Made by a program: the position numbers and the translations under genes | Notes under the pieces: model-generated | Told to the model about the DNA's origin: nothing | Database searches by the model: none | Seen by the model: the letters and a program-made list of their open reading frames with translations, nothing else | Source: Tubulanus polymorphus | Taxonomy: Eukaryota > Animalia > Nemertea | DNA: 64,000 nucleotides | NCBI RefSeq assembly: GCF_964204645.1 | Contig: NC_134026.1 | Location: forward strand, 23,470,150 to 23,534,149 | Direction of reading: 5' to 3' | Shown here: one piece after another, positions 1-13,000 of the stretch | How positions within the stretch are numbered: the first letter of the stretch is position 1 | Layout of the letters: each line of letters opens with the position of its first letter

Positions 1-57
1 ATATATAGACAATTCTCCTTCAGCACAGATTCATACCTGGTAGCATCAACAGAATCA

Positions 58-121
58 GTCAACCCATGGACAACTCCATGGTCAACTCTTGGAGTAATCA
101 TTGATTACTCCAAGGTCAACC
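58..121. mobile_element. Compound micro inverted-repeat insertion with three copies of a 7-bp target site
   Basis: gtcaacc [catggacaactccatg] gtcaact [cttggagtaatca t tgattactccaag] gtcaacc. The second unit is a perfect 13-bp inverted repeat. Confidence 0.65.
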
Positions 122-1037
122 ACAGCACAAACTGCTGCCTGAGTAGCTCCGGTGTGCAATGCGTACTCTCAGGCTTATCAGACAGGGTTTCCTGCCTGGT
201 GATGGTATCAAGTTCGAATCTCTGCCAAGGGAGGATGGTGTACACTGATCCAATATGTAACAGAAAACATGCATATCGTACTTCCCAATCTTTATATTCA
301 TAAAATAAGATATATAGTAGGCGCATGTGTTTCTTTTGGTTTTCGAGAATAACAAAATCACAGACAGGACAAAAATACTTCATACAAAGCAACTTCGATT
401 ACCTGTCCAAGGCAAGTAGAACCGTAGTGGCCTCCGGACAATTCCCAAGCTCTTACATTATTAGATGATAACCTTTAAAAACATTTATTGCTGAGCACTT
501 TGTAATGAAATTTCTCAAAGGCATTGCAAATGGTTTTCTGTTTTTGATGAAGTCGCTGTGATCAATGATGACATTTAAGTAACTATGCTAGCTATTGTGT
601 CTGTATTTGTCAATGAAGAATCGTACTGTCTTTGTCATTCATTGAAAAATCCTTCATCGCAGTTCCCTTTTTTCATATTTACCAGGCTAAAAACTGATAG
701 TAATTATGAAATGAATGCCATAGCTCCAGGAAAGCTAAAAAAATTAAGAACTTCAGCCCAAGGTGAAAAAATAGGAATTAAAAGCCACGAAAAGTTTTAC
801 CAATAGAGATAAGTATTAAGATTTGCTGCAGAAATAGTGTACAACAATGCCTGCGCAATTCACAAGTTCTGTACGTAATATTTCAAGGCATCAATAAACA
901 ATCAAGTTAGTTTTGTTGTTTATCCTTAGCAAAGACGGTCTGTTGCATAAACATTGCTTTCTCTGATAAGAGCTGGCTGAAAATGAAACACATATACATG
1001 AAAATTAAAGTATAATATAAGAGTACAGTTTCCTTAC

Positions 1038-4000
1038 CATCAAGCAGTTTTTGCTCAGAGTCTGGTAATTTATGATGTGATTTATCTTTCGCTACCTCCG
1101 CATGTTTGGGAGCTGCAACATCCCCTTAAAAGAAAAAGAAACCAAGAAAATGAATAGATGGTGTAACATGGATGCAATGCGGTACATTTTCACAAGCTTG
1201 GAAATATTAAACAAAAAGTCTATATATCTTGAGACTTCGTCAAGAGAATTGGAAATTCGAAATCGAAAACAGTTAGAGAACAGAAAGAGCTCCGGCCCAG
1301 GCTGGGAGACAAAATACCAAACTTAAAATGTTTATAACTACGTAACTTGAATGCTTTACAGAAATCATATCTCAACATTTCATTCTTGATTGGTACAGTT
1401 TGAAATTGGAGTTATCATGATATTTTCTGGTGCAAAAGATGACTATTGATACACAACATTTTGTGAGCAAGTAATTTCTGGACATCTGGACATATTTCCA
1501 GAACCACAAAGAAAGACTTTGCCATAACAACTAAATCAAAAAATTTATAATAACATTGAAAACCATCGACATATTTACATTGGCCCAGTATTTATCGAAG
1601 AGGACTATATGGAATTCAGTTGACAGCACCCTTTTAGGCAAGTCATTATGAAACTACAAACAGAAACACACCTGGTGTTATCCTATTAACCAGTAACTAA
1701 TGAGCCTAAATGTGACCATACAGTACGTATATTCAATATCCATATATAATTAAACAAACAAAAGCATTCACCCACCAGCAGCTGTCACAATAAAATGGGC
1801 TGGCTTTGGCAATGTATCAAAGTATGCCTGAGTATAGAAGATATTTGAAATAAGAAGATGAAGTCAATCAATTCACACTAAGGCCAGAGGTTTGTGATCT
1901 CACATTACACATCGAACATTATAGCGTATTTTTTTAGCAGTTTTGTTTAAGGACAAGGTCTCTATCACACCTACACCTAAATCACTGTCGTGCTTTACCA
2001 GGGAGGTGCGAGAGAACTGATATTGAACTCACCGTACTTACCAAGCATTCGCACATAAACTGCATTTCTGTCAGTATTCTCAAATGAGATGCCACCTCGC
2101 CTCTGCAAAATATAAAGAATGCATAAAGATTACTTTGGTGACAGTTAATTACCGAGTCTTTTTTCCTACTGATGCGATAGCTTTGACGTTTAACTGTAAG
2201 TATCCAATCCATGAACATTTTTTCATTGGATTATCAGTTTAATTCTTCTAAATTTTGGACAACGTTTCGATGCATACATATTTAAACTTTGGAGACTTGA
2301 TCTATATAAAGAGAAGGATAAAATGCCGACCATTGACATGATCGGTGGAAAGATAACAACACGACCATTGAAGAAATAATGATAGAAATTCATCTTGATA
2401 GAAATTGAGCAATTTTCAACCAGAGATTTTTGTACAGTAATAAGTCGATATAAAAGTAATATGTAGTATTTGTATATTTTGGTATCACTGCTCAATGCAA
2501 GTGTAAACCTCTCATGGTGCCAGGTTTTCATGTCATCAGAGAAATCATACCTTTCTGTTGTTATTGATTGTAATGTCCTATGGACATTTCAATTCAATTT
2601 ATTTTCACCATAAAATCATACATGATTTTGGCTTGATATGAATTTTTTACGTAAAAAAAGATGATTTATAGAATCCTTACATAGAATAAACAATGATGAC
2701 TTGCCGGGCCTCTACTGGACACAACTCCTCGGCATAACAGGATAAATAGATAACTAGTCAATTATTATAGTGGATGTCGCCGGGTATGAATCATTTCCGT
2801 TGAAGACAAACTAAGTTAATGACTGATGATGTGTTAATGATTATATCACAATCATTGCAGCAATTGAATACATTAAAAAGTAAGCCGTTTATGGTAGACT
2901 CTTTGAACTCTTGGTAACAAGTGATTACCAATATGGTAACTAACTAATGAGTTATGAAACCATTAAATACCTCGGAAGTATCACATACGCAATTCTCATT
3001 GTACATTGTGCATGCAAATGAAAGAATTAAGGGTTAATCCAAGCAGAATATGTCCCTTATACATGGCGATGTGGTCACAGCATGAAGACTGTAACAACTA
3101 GTACGTGATAACGCATCTACAATTGGCAGACTGATTGCTCCCAACAGGGACATGCCAGAGGTTTATCAGGTTACAGCCGCGAAAATACTAATATCCGTTT
3201 TTTGTCATGGGTATAAATGCTTGCACGAATGCAAAGAACGGAACGTTATCTATGCTTAGGGCATCAAACACATGAGCTGACGTATGGTAATGAAGCCCTA
3301 TGCAGAAAATAAAAGTTGCCCGCATTTCATCTGACAACCGAGCAGAAATCTCATGGGAATTCAAGCATATCATTATTCAAGGAACATTTCATCGCAAAAA
3401 TCTCATTGAAAATTAAAATACGCCATGGCTTAGAAAACGTCAACAAAAATGAAAAAATCCGTACCTCGAGATTGCGAAAGACGTGACCAAAAATCTAATC
3501 AACATGCATTCAACGTCGATTGGTATTAAATTTGAAATTTTCTTGAAGATCTGACCTCGGTATAATCAGATTTAGCATGTGCATGTGTGAACGAGAATAT
3601 CAATCAGAAGATAATTAGATTTCCACTGCGAAAGCTAAAAACTTAATGGTATTTCACCAGATTTTCTGAGCATGCTGACTCCAGAAAATACGAGTTATCA
3701 ATTGAAAAGCAAAGGAAAACTACATGTACTCTTTGGTAACTGAATCAATCATTAACAATTTCATGGATGATATGCCAAAAGAGCTTCTTCGTCTTGAGAC
3801 CGGAAACATTTTTAACCAGGAAAGTATTTCTATTCTATGACCACCAAATCAAGGACACACCCTTTTAAGGATAATGTATTGCCTACGTTGACATCTATTA
3901 CACTTAGCTGATAAAACTTCTAGCAAAACGCAAATTCTGAGGGCTAGGTTTCATAGATGTGGAAGAAAAATAGTACCTGGGAATATTTTGAAATTTGTCA

Positions 4001-7000
4001 GTTTACCATTGTTTCTCATTGTTACTATGGTTGTTACCCAGATAGAGGATTTACCCCTAGGGATAACTTAAATACTCAACTCAACTTAACCGGGTCCTGG
4101 TTACCTATCTCAATACTGGCTTTTTAAAATTTATCCCTAACATAAGTTACAAAATGTTCAAATGCTCTGAATCACTATATGTTATATCAGTGAGGTAAAG
4201 ACTTGTCCTACTCTACTACCAATAAATGATCAGTCCCAAATATAATATTAATCAACAAACTGTGCGAGGAAATCATTTATACAATGAAACACTATCGCTC
4301 TGCATCAGACAGTACGGTGATTACACAGTTACCAACTGATCAATCAAATTTGATAATAACTGATAAGATATTTCCTATTCGACAGTGATAAACCAAAAGC
4401 AGGAGAACTGGAGTTATCGAGTCTTTTATTGAAAGGTTCGATTCTGTCCGCAGCCTTTGAAATCAAGTGAAAACTAAATGGCACCAAAAATCCACCATCA
4501 TTCGAAGGATGGATTTTGTTAGGCGTGTAAATGAAACAGATATAGGAACCTTATGCAATGTACGATGAAGTAAAAGTAACCACTTAAAATAAATTGATGA
4601 TAATCAGTCCAGAATAGTGTTTAATGTGGCGAATGGTAACAGGAATAAATCACCCCCACACCCATCCTCAATAAAAATACATCTAGTTACAAATCAACTC
4701 TGGTTCATAATATCAATCTGGTTTATATACTCAATCAAAATAGCGCCGTGAAAAAATCTCCATAGTAAAAAAATCCCGAAATTCAGTTTTGTTCAAATTT
4801 AGAATAACTAGTATGTTTTAGAACCACTTACTGTTTATTACATTAGAGCTTCATTCAACCCTGCCATTATACATTATTCAAATTGACATTTACCTTAGAA
4901 AAATATCTGACAAGACAATAAATATTCTGCAACTAAAAAACATTAATGGTGGTTCTTTGTTTGTTGTTCAATTTTTTGGAATAGGTTAAATAAAATGCCT
5001 TGTCTACCTATAAGCCTTCACATTAAGACTATATTATAACAATCAAGATATCAGCCTCTACAGACTTCCAAAATATTTTTCAAACCAAAGAGGGTAAACA
5101 TACTCGTTATAGACTAGTTGGTGAAGCACGATAACAACACAGTATGACATACCAGTACATACCCATGAACTACCTTCCATTTTTCGAAATATAAACCGCA
5201 AACTAGTACAAATACGATTGAACAGAATTTGCTGCCAGTGACACAGAACAAGAGATATGCTTGAAAATATCACATCGAAATTAAACCAGAAAATCAGCAG
5301 CTGCTAGATTAGGGTGAACGTTATGAATGATGATGATGCACCAACAGCATTAATACTATGCAGAGAAATGAACACCTTCAGATAATGACGAACTAGAAAA
5401 TTCTCTTGTTTGTTCTGGACGTATCAGCTTTTGATGAGAGACGTATTTTGTAGACTTGTTTTTTATATCACTGAGTTCATGCACAGTGCAAGGTCATTAA
5501 ATAGTCAGAGCTGCTGTGTTTTGTACTATTATCGGATATGCAGTCAATACAGTGTCAATGACTATGGAAAATGATGACCTAAGACTACGTGGGTATTTTC
5601 TAGATCTAATTACTGTTATTCCCAGTTAATGAGATTAATCCAGTTCATTGATGAGAATATCTGAACAGATAACTTAATTCGGTTTTCCATGCCTACTAGG
5701 GGTCCAGGGACACCATGCCCACTTGGTGTAATGCTTGACAATCCGACAATTTCAATATTCCAAGCAGAGAAATCAAAATAAATGGCAAAATTTCACATAC
5801 TTCAACATGACTTCCCTTCACCTCAATTCCATGTTGGATGTACCCTGCCCTGTGACAAAATTGGTAATAATCAAATAATTAAAAACAAAGAATTAAAACT
5901 TGTTGAAATTTTCCTTAAAAAATTGTATGTCACAACTACGCGTGAAGATTGATCGGATTCCTAGTATATTACGCCAATTTCATTAAGATTGACTGATCAA
6001 AAAAATCCATCTCATATGCTAACAATCCCTTCCGAAAGTATTAACAATCAACTTTTTTTCTGACTGAGAAGTAAGTGAAACAAACGTTTCAACATCTTAA
6101 AATCGCTCCGAATGCTCGGAAAATACATTTAAGAACTCAAATTTTTCTTGTCCCCGAACCCTGTCTGCTGATCGACTCGCGAACATAGTTACAATGAAGG
6201 TGCAGCCAATTGTTGGATCATGGGGGTGACAACGTCCTTCCTTCACGATGAAGGCAATTGTCACAGAATAAGCCATTTCTAGACTAGGCAGTTTCATAAG
6301 CCAAAAGGTAACAAGATATCACGCCAATCAACGTCACACTGATAATTGCTGCCCACGAAATAAATCGCAAAAGACTTTCATAGATCTCCACTGATAAGCG
6401 CTTTCAGTCAAAAATAAGGACATTCTATTCTGAACTACGACACGATTTCACATAAATGAAAGTAGTGCGTAGTCTATAAACCAGTTGACTTATTCATGGG
6501 AAATAAACTATAATTCAAATCGTCTTCAATGAAATCAAAGCATGACGTACACATTCTGTACTGAGATAATTACCATTATTTGTCAATACAGCCTTGAAAA
6601 CAGGTACATTAACGAGGTTATTTTTATTCAAAGTCTGCATTAAATACTTGTTACTTCGAATCATTATGTACCTGCAGATCAGGAAATACCTGAATTTCTG
6701 GAATCGAATTAGTTCAGTTTTCATCCTATATTAATATCAAAATACATGATTATATTAAGAATAGGACACTATTTACGGTAGATTTGTTTAAGATTTATGA
6801 GTGTTTCATAGATATGTATATGACAATCAATGCCCATCTAAGCCACCCTTTCACCTTCGAGATCAATTATCAAGCCACTAACGGATAACTTATGATCACC
6901 AGCTCAGCTCTACAGCAACTACAAAATTGATATACGATGTGAGCTCTCGAAACCAATTGATCGATCTGCAGAAAGTCATTTTTATCCATCCACATCAACA

Positions 7001-10000
7001 AGCAATTAATTCTGTAAGTTACCAACATGTGCGAAACGTCTCCGTTCATCTCAGAGACTCGCAGAAGCCAACTCCCATAGGTTTTGACAGCTCGTCCCCT
7101 ATGTACCTTGTTACCCAGCGCTGCTACTCAATGGCCCTGGGGATCGATTTATCAAATCAGATTTTATGATGGTGTACACGTCCTGACAGAACGACGACAA
7201 TGTCGGAATTTAACCCTCGTTCAAAACAGCTCTTCACATGGTAAACAGGAATTAGGAAAATTGATACGATTCCATCCTTTTCGCGGAAAACTTTCTAGGG
7301 GTAGATCGTGTTATGACACTTTAAGATTGGCCAGCAATCTTGAGGGCATATCGATTACCGATATGCGACTGGGCAGTTGAAAATCAATCCATTTACCCCA
7401 ATCCAATGGGCGATGCTAACAGGAGGAGTGATGCCATAATCTTCCTGGGAAACTATGGATTTCCAATGCTATTAATCTTCATATCAGGGAATCGTTGATC
7501 TAACATTTTACGTCAATCTTATCAACGAACATGAGAGAAATTGCCAAAGGTTGAACCTAGAACCTATGTGATAACTTCACGAAGGATTTTCAGGTATCAA
7601 AATTATTCAAATTTCAATGGATCCCATAATGTGATCAGGCGGGATATCATTTTTGATTGAATCAAGTAATTTTGCCGTAAAAACTAACTCGATTTTATCT
7701 GAGCACATCTAAAACTCATACATTTTCGTAATTAGATTTTCAGCCAGCTAAAAACAGCCACATGCTATAACAGGAAAGTAACCAAAAAGGCACGGACATA
7801 TCAGAAGCATTTTTCATCACTTCAATTAGAATGCTAGTTGTGTAGACAGTATTACATGTAGTAAATGTGACATTAAGTATTATGGTATCACCGTAATTTC
7901 ATTAATAAGTTTTACTTAGTCATAGCAATACATTGATGAATGAGTAATCTAATTTGACACGGAAGCATAAAATTCAAAGCCAACAAACCTGCTAAGTCTA
8001 ACAGGAAAATGGTTCAAGTACCAGTAATCATTTCTTGAGATACCAAAAGTAATGAGGCTCATTTTGGGTTATCAGTTTGATCAGGCGCACTATACATGAA
8101 TGCTTGTATCTATGTACTATTACCATGACTTAAAAAGTTATGTAGCATTATTTAATGAATGCTCTGATAAGGATAGGGAAAATAAATGCAAGCTTCCAAC
8201 TGAATGATTACATATATGAAGATGAAATATCATCCTTCTCAAGTCAGGGGATCCAGAGGCCAATTTAGAAAAACATGTCACATCCCAGAAAGGCACTTTG
8301 ATATCCACAAATGCACTATTTAGGCACTACCACACTGAAATGCACAAATCATCTTTGTTGACAATGATACTGTTAGCCCTGGATTTACTTTCAAGAATCA
8401 AAAAAGGCAGCAGCAACTAAATGAGTAACTAAAGAAGGTATTTTCCATGAAATTATTATCTGTATAATCAATTGCTGTGGAAAACCATATTGTGTCATAG
8501 ACCTGTACCAACGGTTTAATTGATGTGACGTAAAATTCACAAGAGTCTGACGACAGAAGTTACAGGATTACATGGTTCCTGATGATGACAAGGCGATCCT
8601 ACTGAATACCTTTTAATCAAACCAATAAATTATATTCTCAACAACAAACAATACTCAGTAATATGTATGGCATATGCATTTATACAATATTGAATATCAA
8701 AATATGCAAATGTATATTGATCTTAGCGTTATACATATTTATCCATTAATATCTCTGGCAGCGATAGGAATATCTTGAGAATTATTCAATTCCTTACTTC
8801 AGTCGTATAGAGATATATTTCTATGTGACAGATGGCATCAAGTCATAGAAAAGGATGGGCTCGAATTCTATGTCAGTGTTAGAAAATACAAGTAGGATAC
8901 CAATCGGCATTAGAATACCGATTTCGAATTGCATACTCCTGATGGATAATTTCAGAAAACCTACCAAGACAAGAGTTCATAAATTGAATTGCTTATTTTT
9001 GATACTAAATATTATCTCTATATAGCAGTATCTGGCTCCAATTATAGACGGAAATTAAGAACAAAGAATTAGCAGTTGACAAAATGTCAAAACATATACA
9101 ATCATTCAACAGAATCAGCTATGATCTTCATTATTGGCATTGACGTATGTTGAAAGTGACAGGAGGGTACCGGCAATGGCTCTGTGTTCTGATTGCTCTT
9201 GTGCCATTCACTTTGCTTTATTCCCACATTTCATACACCAAAACAAGACATACCTGTACTCCGAAATGTAGAAGTATATAATATAGTGTTCGCATTATTC
9301 ATTCGAACTATCTAGATCATTCAAGTGAGCTAAAATCTAGCTCATTACAAACAAATTATTTCATATGGCTAACAATGAATTCAAATATATATTAATTTTC
9401 GATACCAATTTTGTTGAAGCTTCACAAAAATTAGGAATCATGAATTGTGAATATATTTGCACATGTATCTTGTGACCTGTGGTCTTTTGCAAAGTTTCTA
9501 GCACATATAAATTCATATGTCTTGCATGTATTTTAAACTTGAAATTCAATAAATGCCTACGTACATCTAACACAGATCTAATTAGTTAATTAGAGAGATT
9601 CAATTGCGATAAGACATATATTATAATCTTTAAGTTTCACACAGGTGGTATCTAAACAGGGCTTTGCAAACTAAGGTATCTAATTTTGAATATATACCCC
9701 ATGCAAAGGGGACCCAAATAACATTTCCTCCACTTTAGGGGTAGGAGGCATATCTAAATTGAGTGTTGATTTTCCAATTAACAAGAAGTAAAAATATCCA
9801 TTAGTTCCTTTATATAGAATCCAAATCAATGCGGGAGGTGATTTCAATTTATCCTAGAATAAATAGTCCATGCAAATTAATGATATCACCAAGAAATTTC
9901 CCCATTGATGCAGACAAAACAGTATTATTCAGAAAGAACACATAAAATATGTTTCTTAATAAGAGCCAGAGTAAAAGTTAATAGGCTACCGAGATTCTTA

Positions 10001-13000
10001 CCCTTCAAACAGAAGGATATAGTCAGTTACTGAAAAAATTTCACTGCCACCACCACATCAGGCGCCTTTTTAGTGACATAGCCCTTATTCCCCAAGTAGA
10101 ACCTTGCCCCCCCCCCCCGTCCCTATAAGAATTCTGTGTACTGGCCTGGTGATGAGTGGCATAAAGAACCTCTTGCAAAGAAACAGCCCCCCTGAGCATA
10201 TCTTAAATAATCATATTAAATTAGGATATTTCTTTGAATTTTTGGCATCTCATTGTTTTCGGTGCTGATCAGGGAATTTTGGGTCAAGGGTATGGGAAAG
10301 TCAGGGAATTATCAGGGAATTTTGCATTTCCTGATCTATAAGAACTCTGTAAACCAATCACTATTTCTTTGTCGGTACCAATTAGGCCTAATCTATTTTC
10401 TAAATTCTCATATACAACATATATAACTACATTTTCCGAATTGCCTTTACACTAGACCATATATACCTTAAAAGTGTGAAAATTTATTTATTCTTATAAA
10501 ACACATAATGATGTGGAACTACTTTCATCTATAAAAAAAACTCACCTCACAAGAATCGGTAATCTTCCAGTTTTTACTGTTCTGAGAAATACATGATGTA
10601 AAGGGAATCATGTCAAACTTGCATCCATATGTCTTCATACAGTATACAAAAAAACTATTATGGTTTTATTCCGATTTGATAGACGGATGACTAAAACTCA
10701 CAATGAACAGGCAGGCTAGTAATCACAAGCAACATCCGCAGCATTAACTTCAACATAAACAGGCCTTCCCGATGCAACTGCACTTTTGTTTTAGCGGAGA
10801 GTCTGAGTCTATGAAGCCTATATCGTAGATAGAATGCTCATGCATGTGGTACACGCAGCCACACACTGGAGTGGCTAGTAAAGGGATCCTCCACTATAAC
10901 TATACACAGCACGCAGACTGACGAGCGATACACACATGACTACCCGGCACTACTACTCTTCGTATGCACTGACAAGCCTAGCCACAGACAACCTCCCCTG
11001 TTGAAATGCAGTAATTGCAATGAGATAGACAGTCTGTCACAGCCGCGCGATACTAGAGGCAGCTCGATCAGTAGTTTCTTAAGTTGGAGACTTATTATTG
11101 TCCCGGTACCGAGCATAGCATTTACGCAAGCCTGATTTCAAACAATTTTGTTAATTATATCGAATCAGATATCAACTTCCTCACATTCGACGATATCAAA
11201 GTTCAAAGACTGTCCACAATAGTGACGGAATGTGATTTCAAAACATTAGATAATGTTGTTAAAGGGAATTTCTGTTCAATTTCACTATTATGAGCTAACA
11301 GGCACGGATCAGCTTTAGGCCTATTAGCCGTATTGCCGAAAATTTTGAGTGCCCTTTGGAATTTCGTCGACCATATTTTCGACGGTACATTTCAATACCA
11401 GTTAGTCTCAAAACGCATCTAAATGCTATGTAATAATCCTAGAATTTCAAAGTGTTCCCAGCAATAGCCCCCACCCACCACATTGGTTTCACACCTGGGC
11501 ATTTGATAACGAGGAGTCCTCACCGGTATTTCACAAAAGCACCCTAAATTTTCTTCCAAATACTATGTAGCTTCAACCCTTGATCCATGTCCGGCAAAGG
11601 ATAGCTGTCTATATCTCGATGAAAGTTAACTTATTTGAATGAATCAATTTTATTTCATTCTGATATAAATTACTCCGATTGTTGAAGATATACTAAAGGC
11701 ATCAAGTAAAAGCCCCAATCTATGTTCATTAAATGTATAAGGATGCCTTCGTGTGTATCTGAGATTATGGTCCTTGAATGGTGGAGACATGTCCATCTTC
11801 GATACAATAGGCTAACTAACAAAATACACATGAAAAGATGTTAGTAAAATATAAGATTTAAATGCCCAAATCAAAATATCTGAATATCTAAATGTTGCTA
11901 CGACTTTTGATAATATCCATTTTCAATGAATTATCATTTCATTCACAAAAGAAGATTATTGATTTCACATACTGTGGACCCATATATAATTTGGTTTCTG
12001 TTTGTAATCTGTTTTGATCAGAATGGCAACAATAATCTACACTAGATGGCGTATTGGTTAAGATATGTCTCAAATAATTTACAGTAAAGCTCTAACACAT
12101 GATTAAATTGAATATACATTTAATTCAACCATCAGTCAATTTTTGAGTTATAGTTAAACATAATCTGTAACCCTAACACCCTCAACTGAGCTTAACCATA
12201 GTTAAACTGAAAGGGAGCCTTACTTCGAATATTTAATGAACTAATTAGAATCAAGTAAATACTAGACTTGGCACCACTGACCAATTAATTAAACAAATTA
12301 GTATTACAACAAGCAATTATCAGTCAGTAACCCTAAGACCAAGTAAACACCAGTTAGAATATACATTGAAATATTCATAAGGCAACCAGACTAAGATATA
12401 AAACTCCACAGTCAAGTTAGGGATTCAGGGACCACTGTCGAGGGTAGTACAACTTATAAAAAGGGCATTTTGAAATAAAAAAGGCACTCTGAAATTTTGA
12501 AAATCTGTTTTTTTGTTGCGATTTCTAAGCAATTAAAGTCTTGACATGAAGTGCTTTCTAGCAAATTAATTGCATTGAGATGTAGTTTCCAGGTAAAAAT
12601 CTTGAAGAATTATGTGCTTTTTGTTTAAAATTATCCACCTCATCTTGTAAAAAGTGCCCTTATCTACTTCGCACATAAAAAAAAATGAAAAAAAAGGCAC
12701 GAGCTTTTCGTGATGGTATCAGGTGCCTACAGTGCTTCCGGCTGAATCCGCGCCTGCAAGAGCATGGACATGTAAACCTTAGTATAACTTACTTAACTGA
12801 ATAAGCACAATTGTTTTCCACTTAACAGCAAATTGGGAATAATCTGGGCAAGTAAACATGGCTTTTTGATTGGAATAGGACTACGCAATTTAGTCCCACG
12901 TAAAAAAACTTGTTAATTCTTACAAATACTTGAAATTAGTCCCTACCTCCTCCTTTTGTCCACTATCGTCTTTATTCAGATTTTTGTCCATACTTTTGAA

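Noticed and set aside
105-392. Overlapping - strand ORFs near the left edge
   Set aside because: No recognisable homology, and the region ends in transposon-footprint-like repeats within a PDE7 intron.
402-472. Exon-like - strand segment (LSSNNVRAWELSGGHYGSTCLGQ)
   Set aside because: Splicing from the phase-1 exon at 1038 gives GYHLIM-stop. It could be a poison or UTR exon but cannot be supported.
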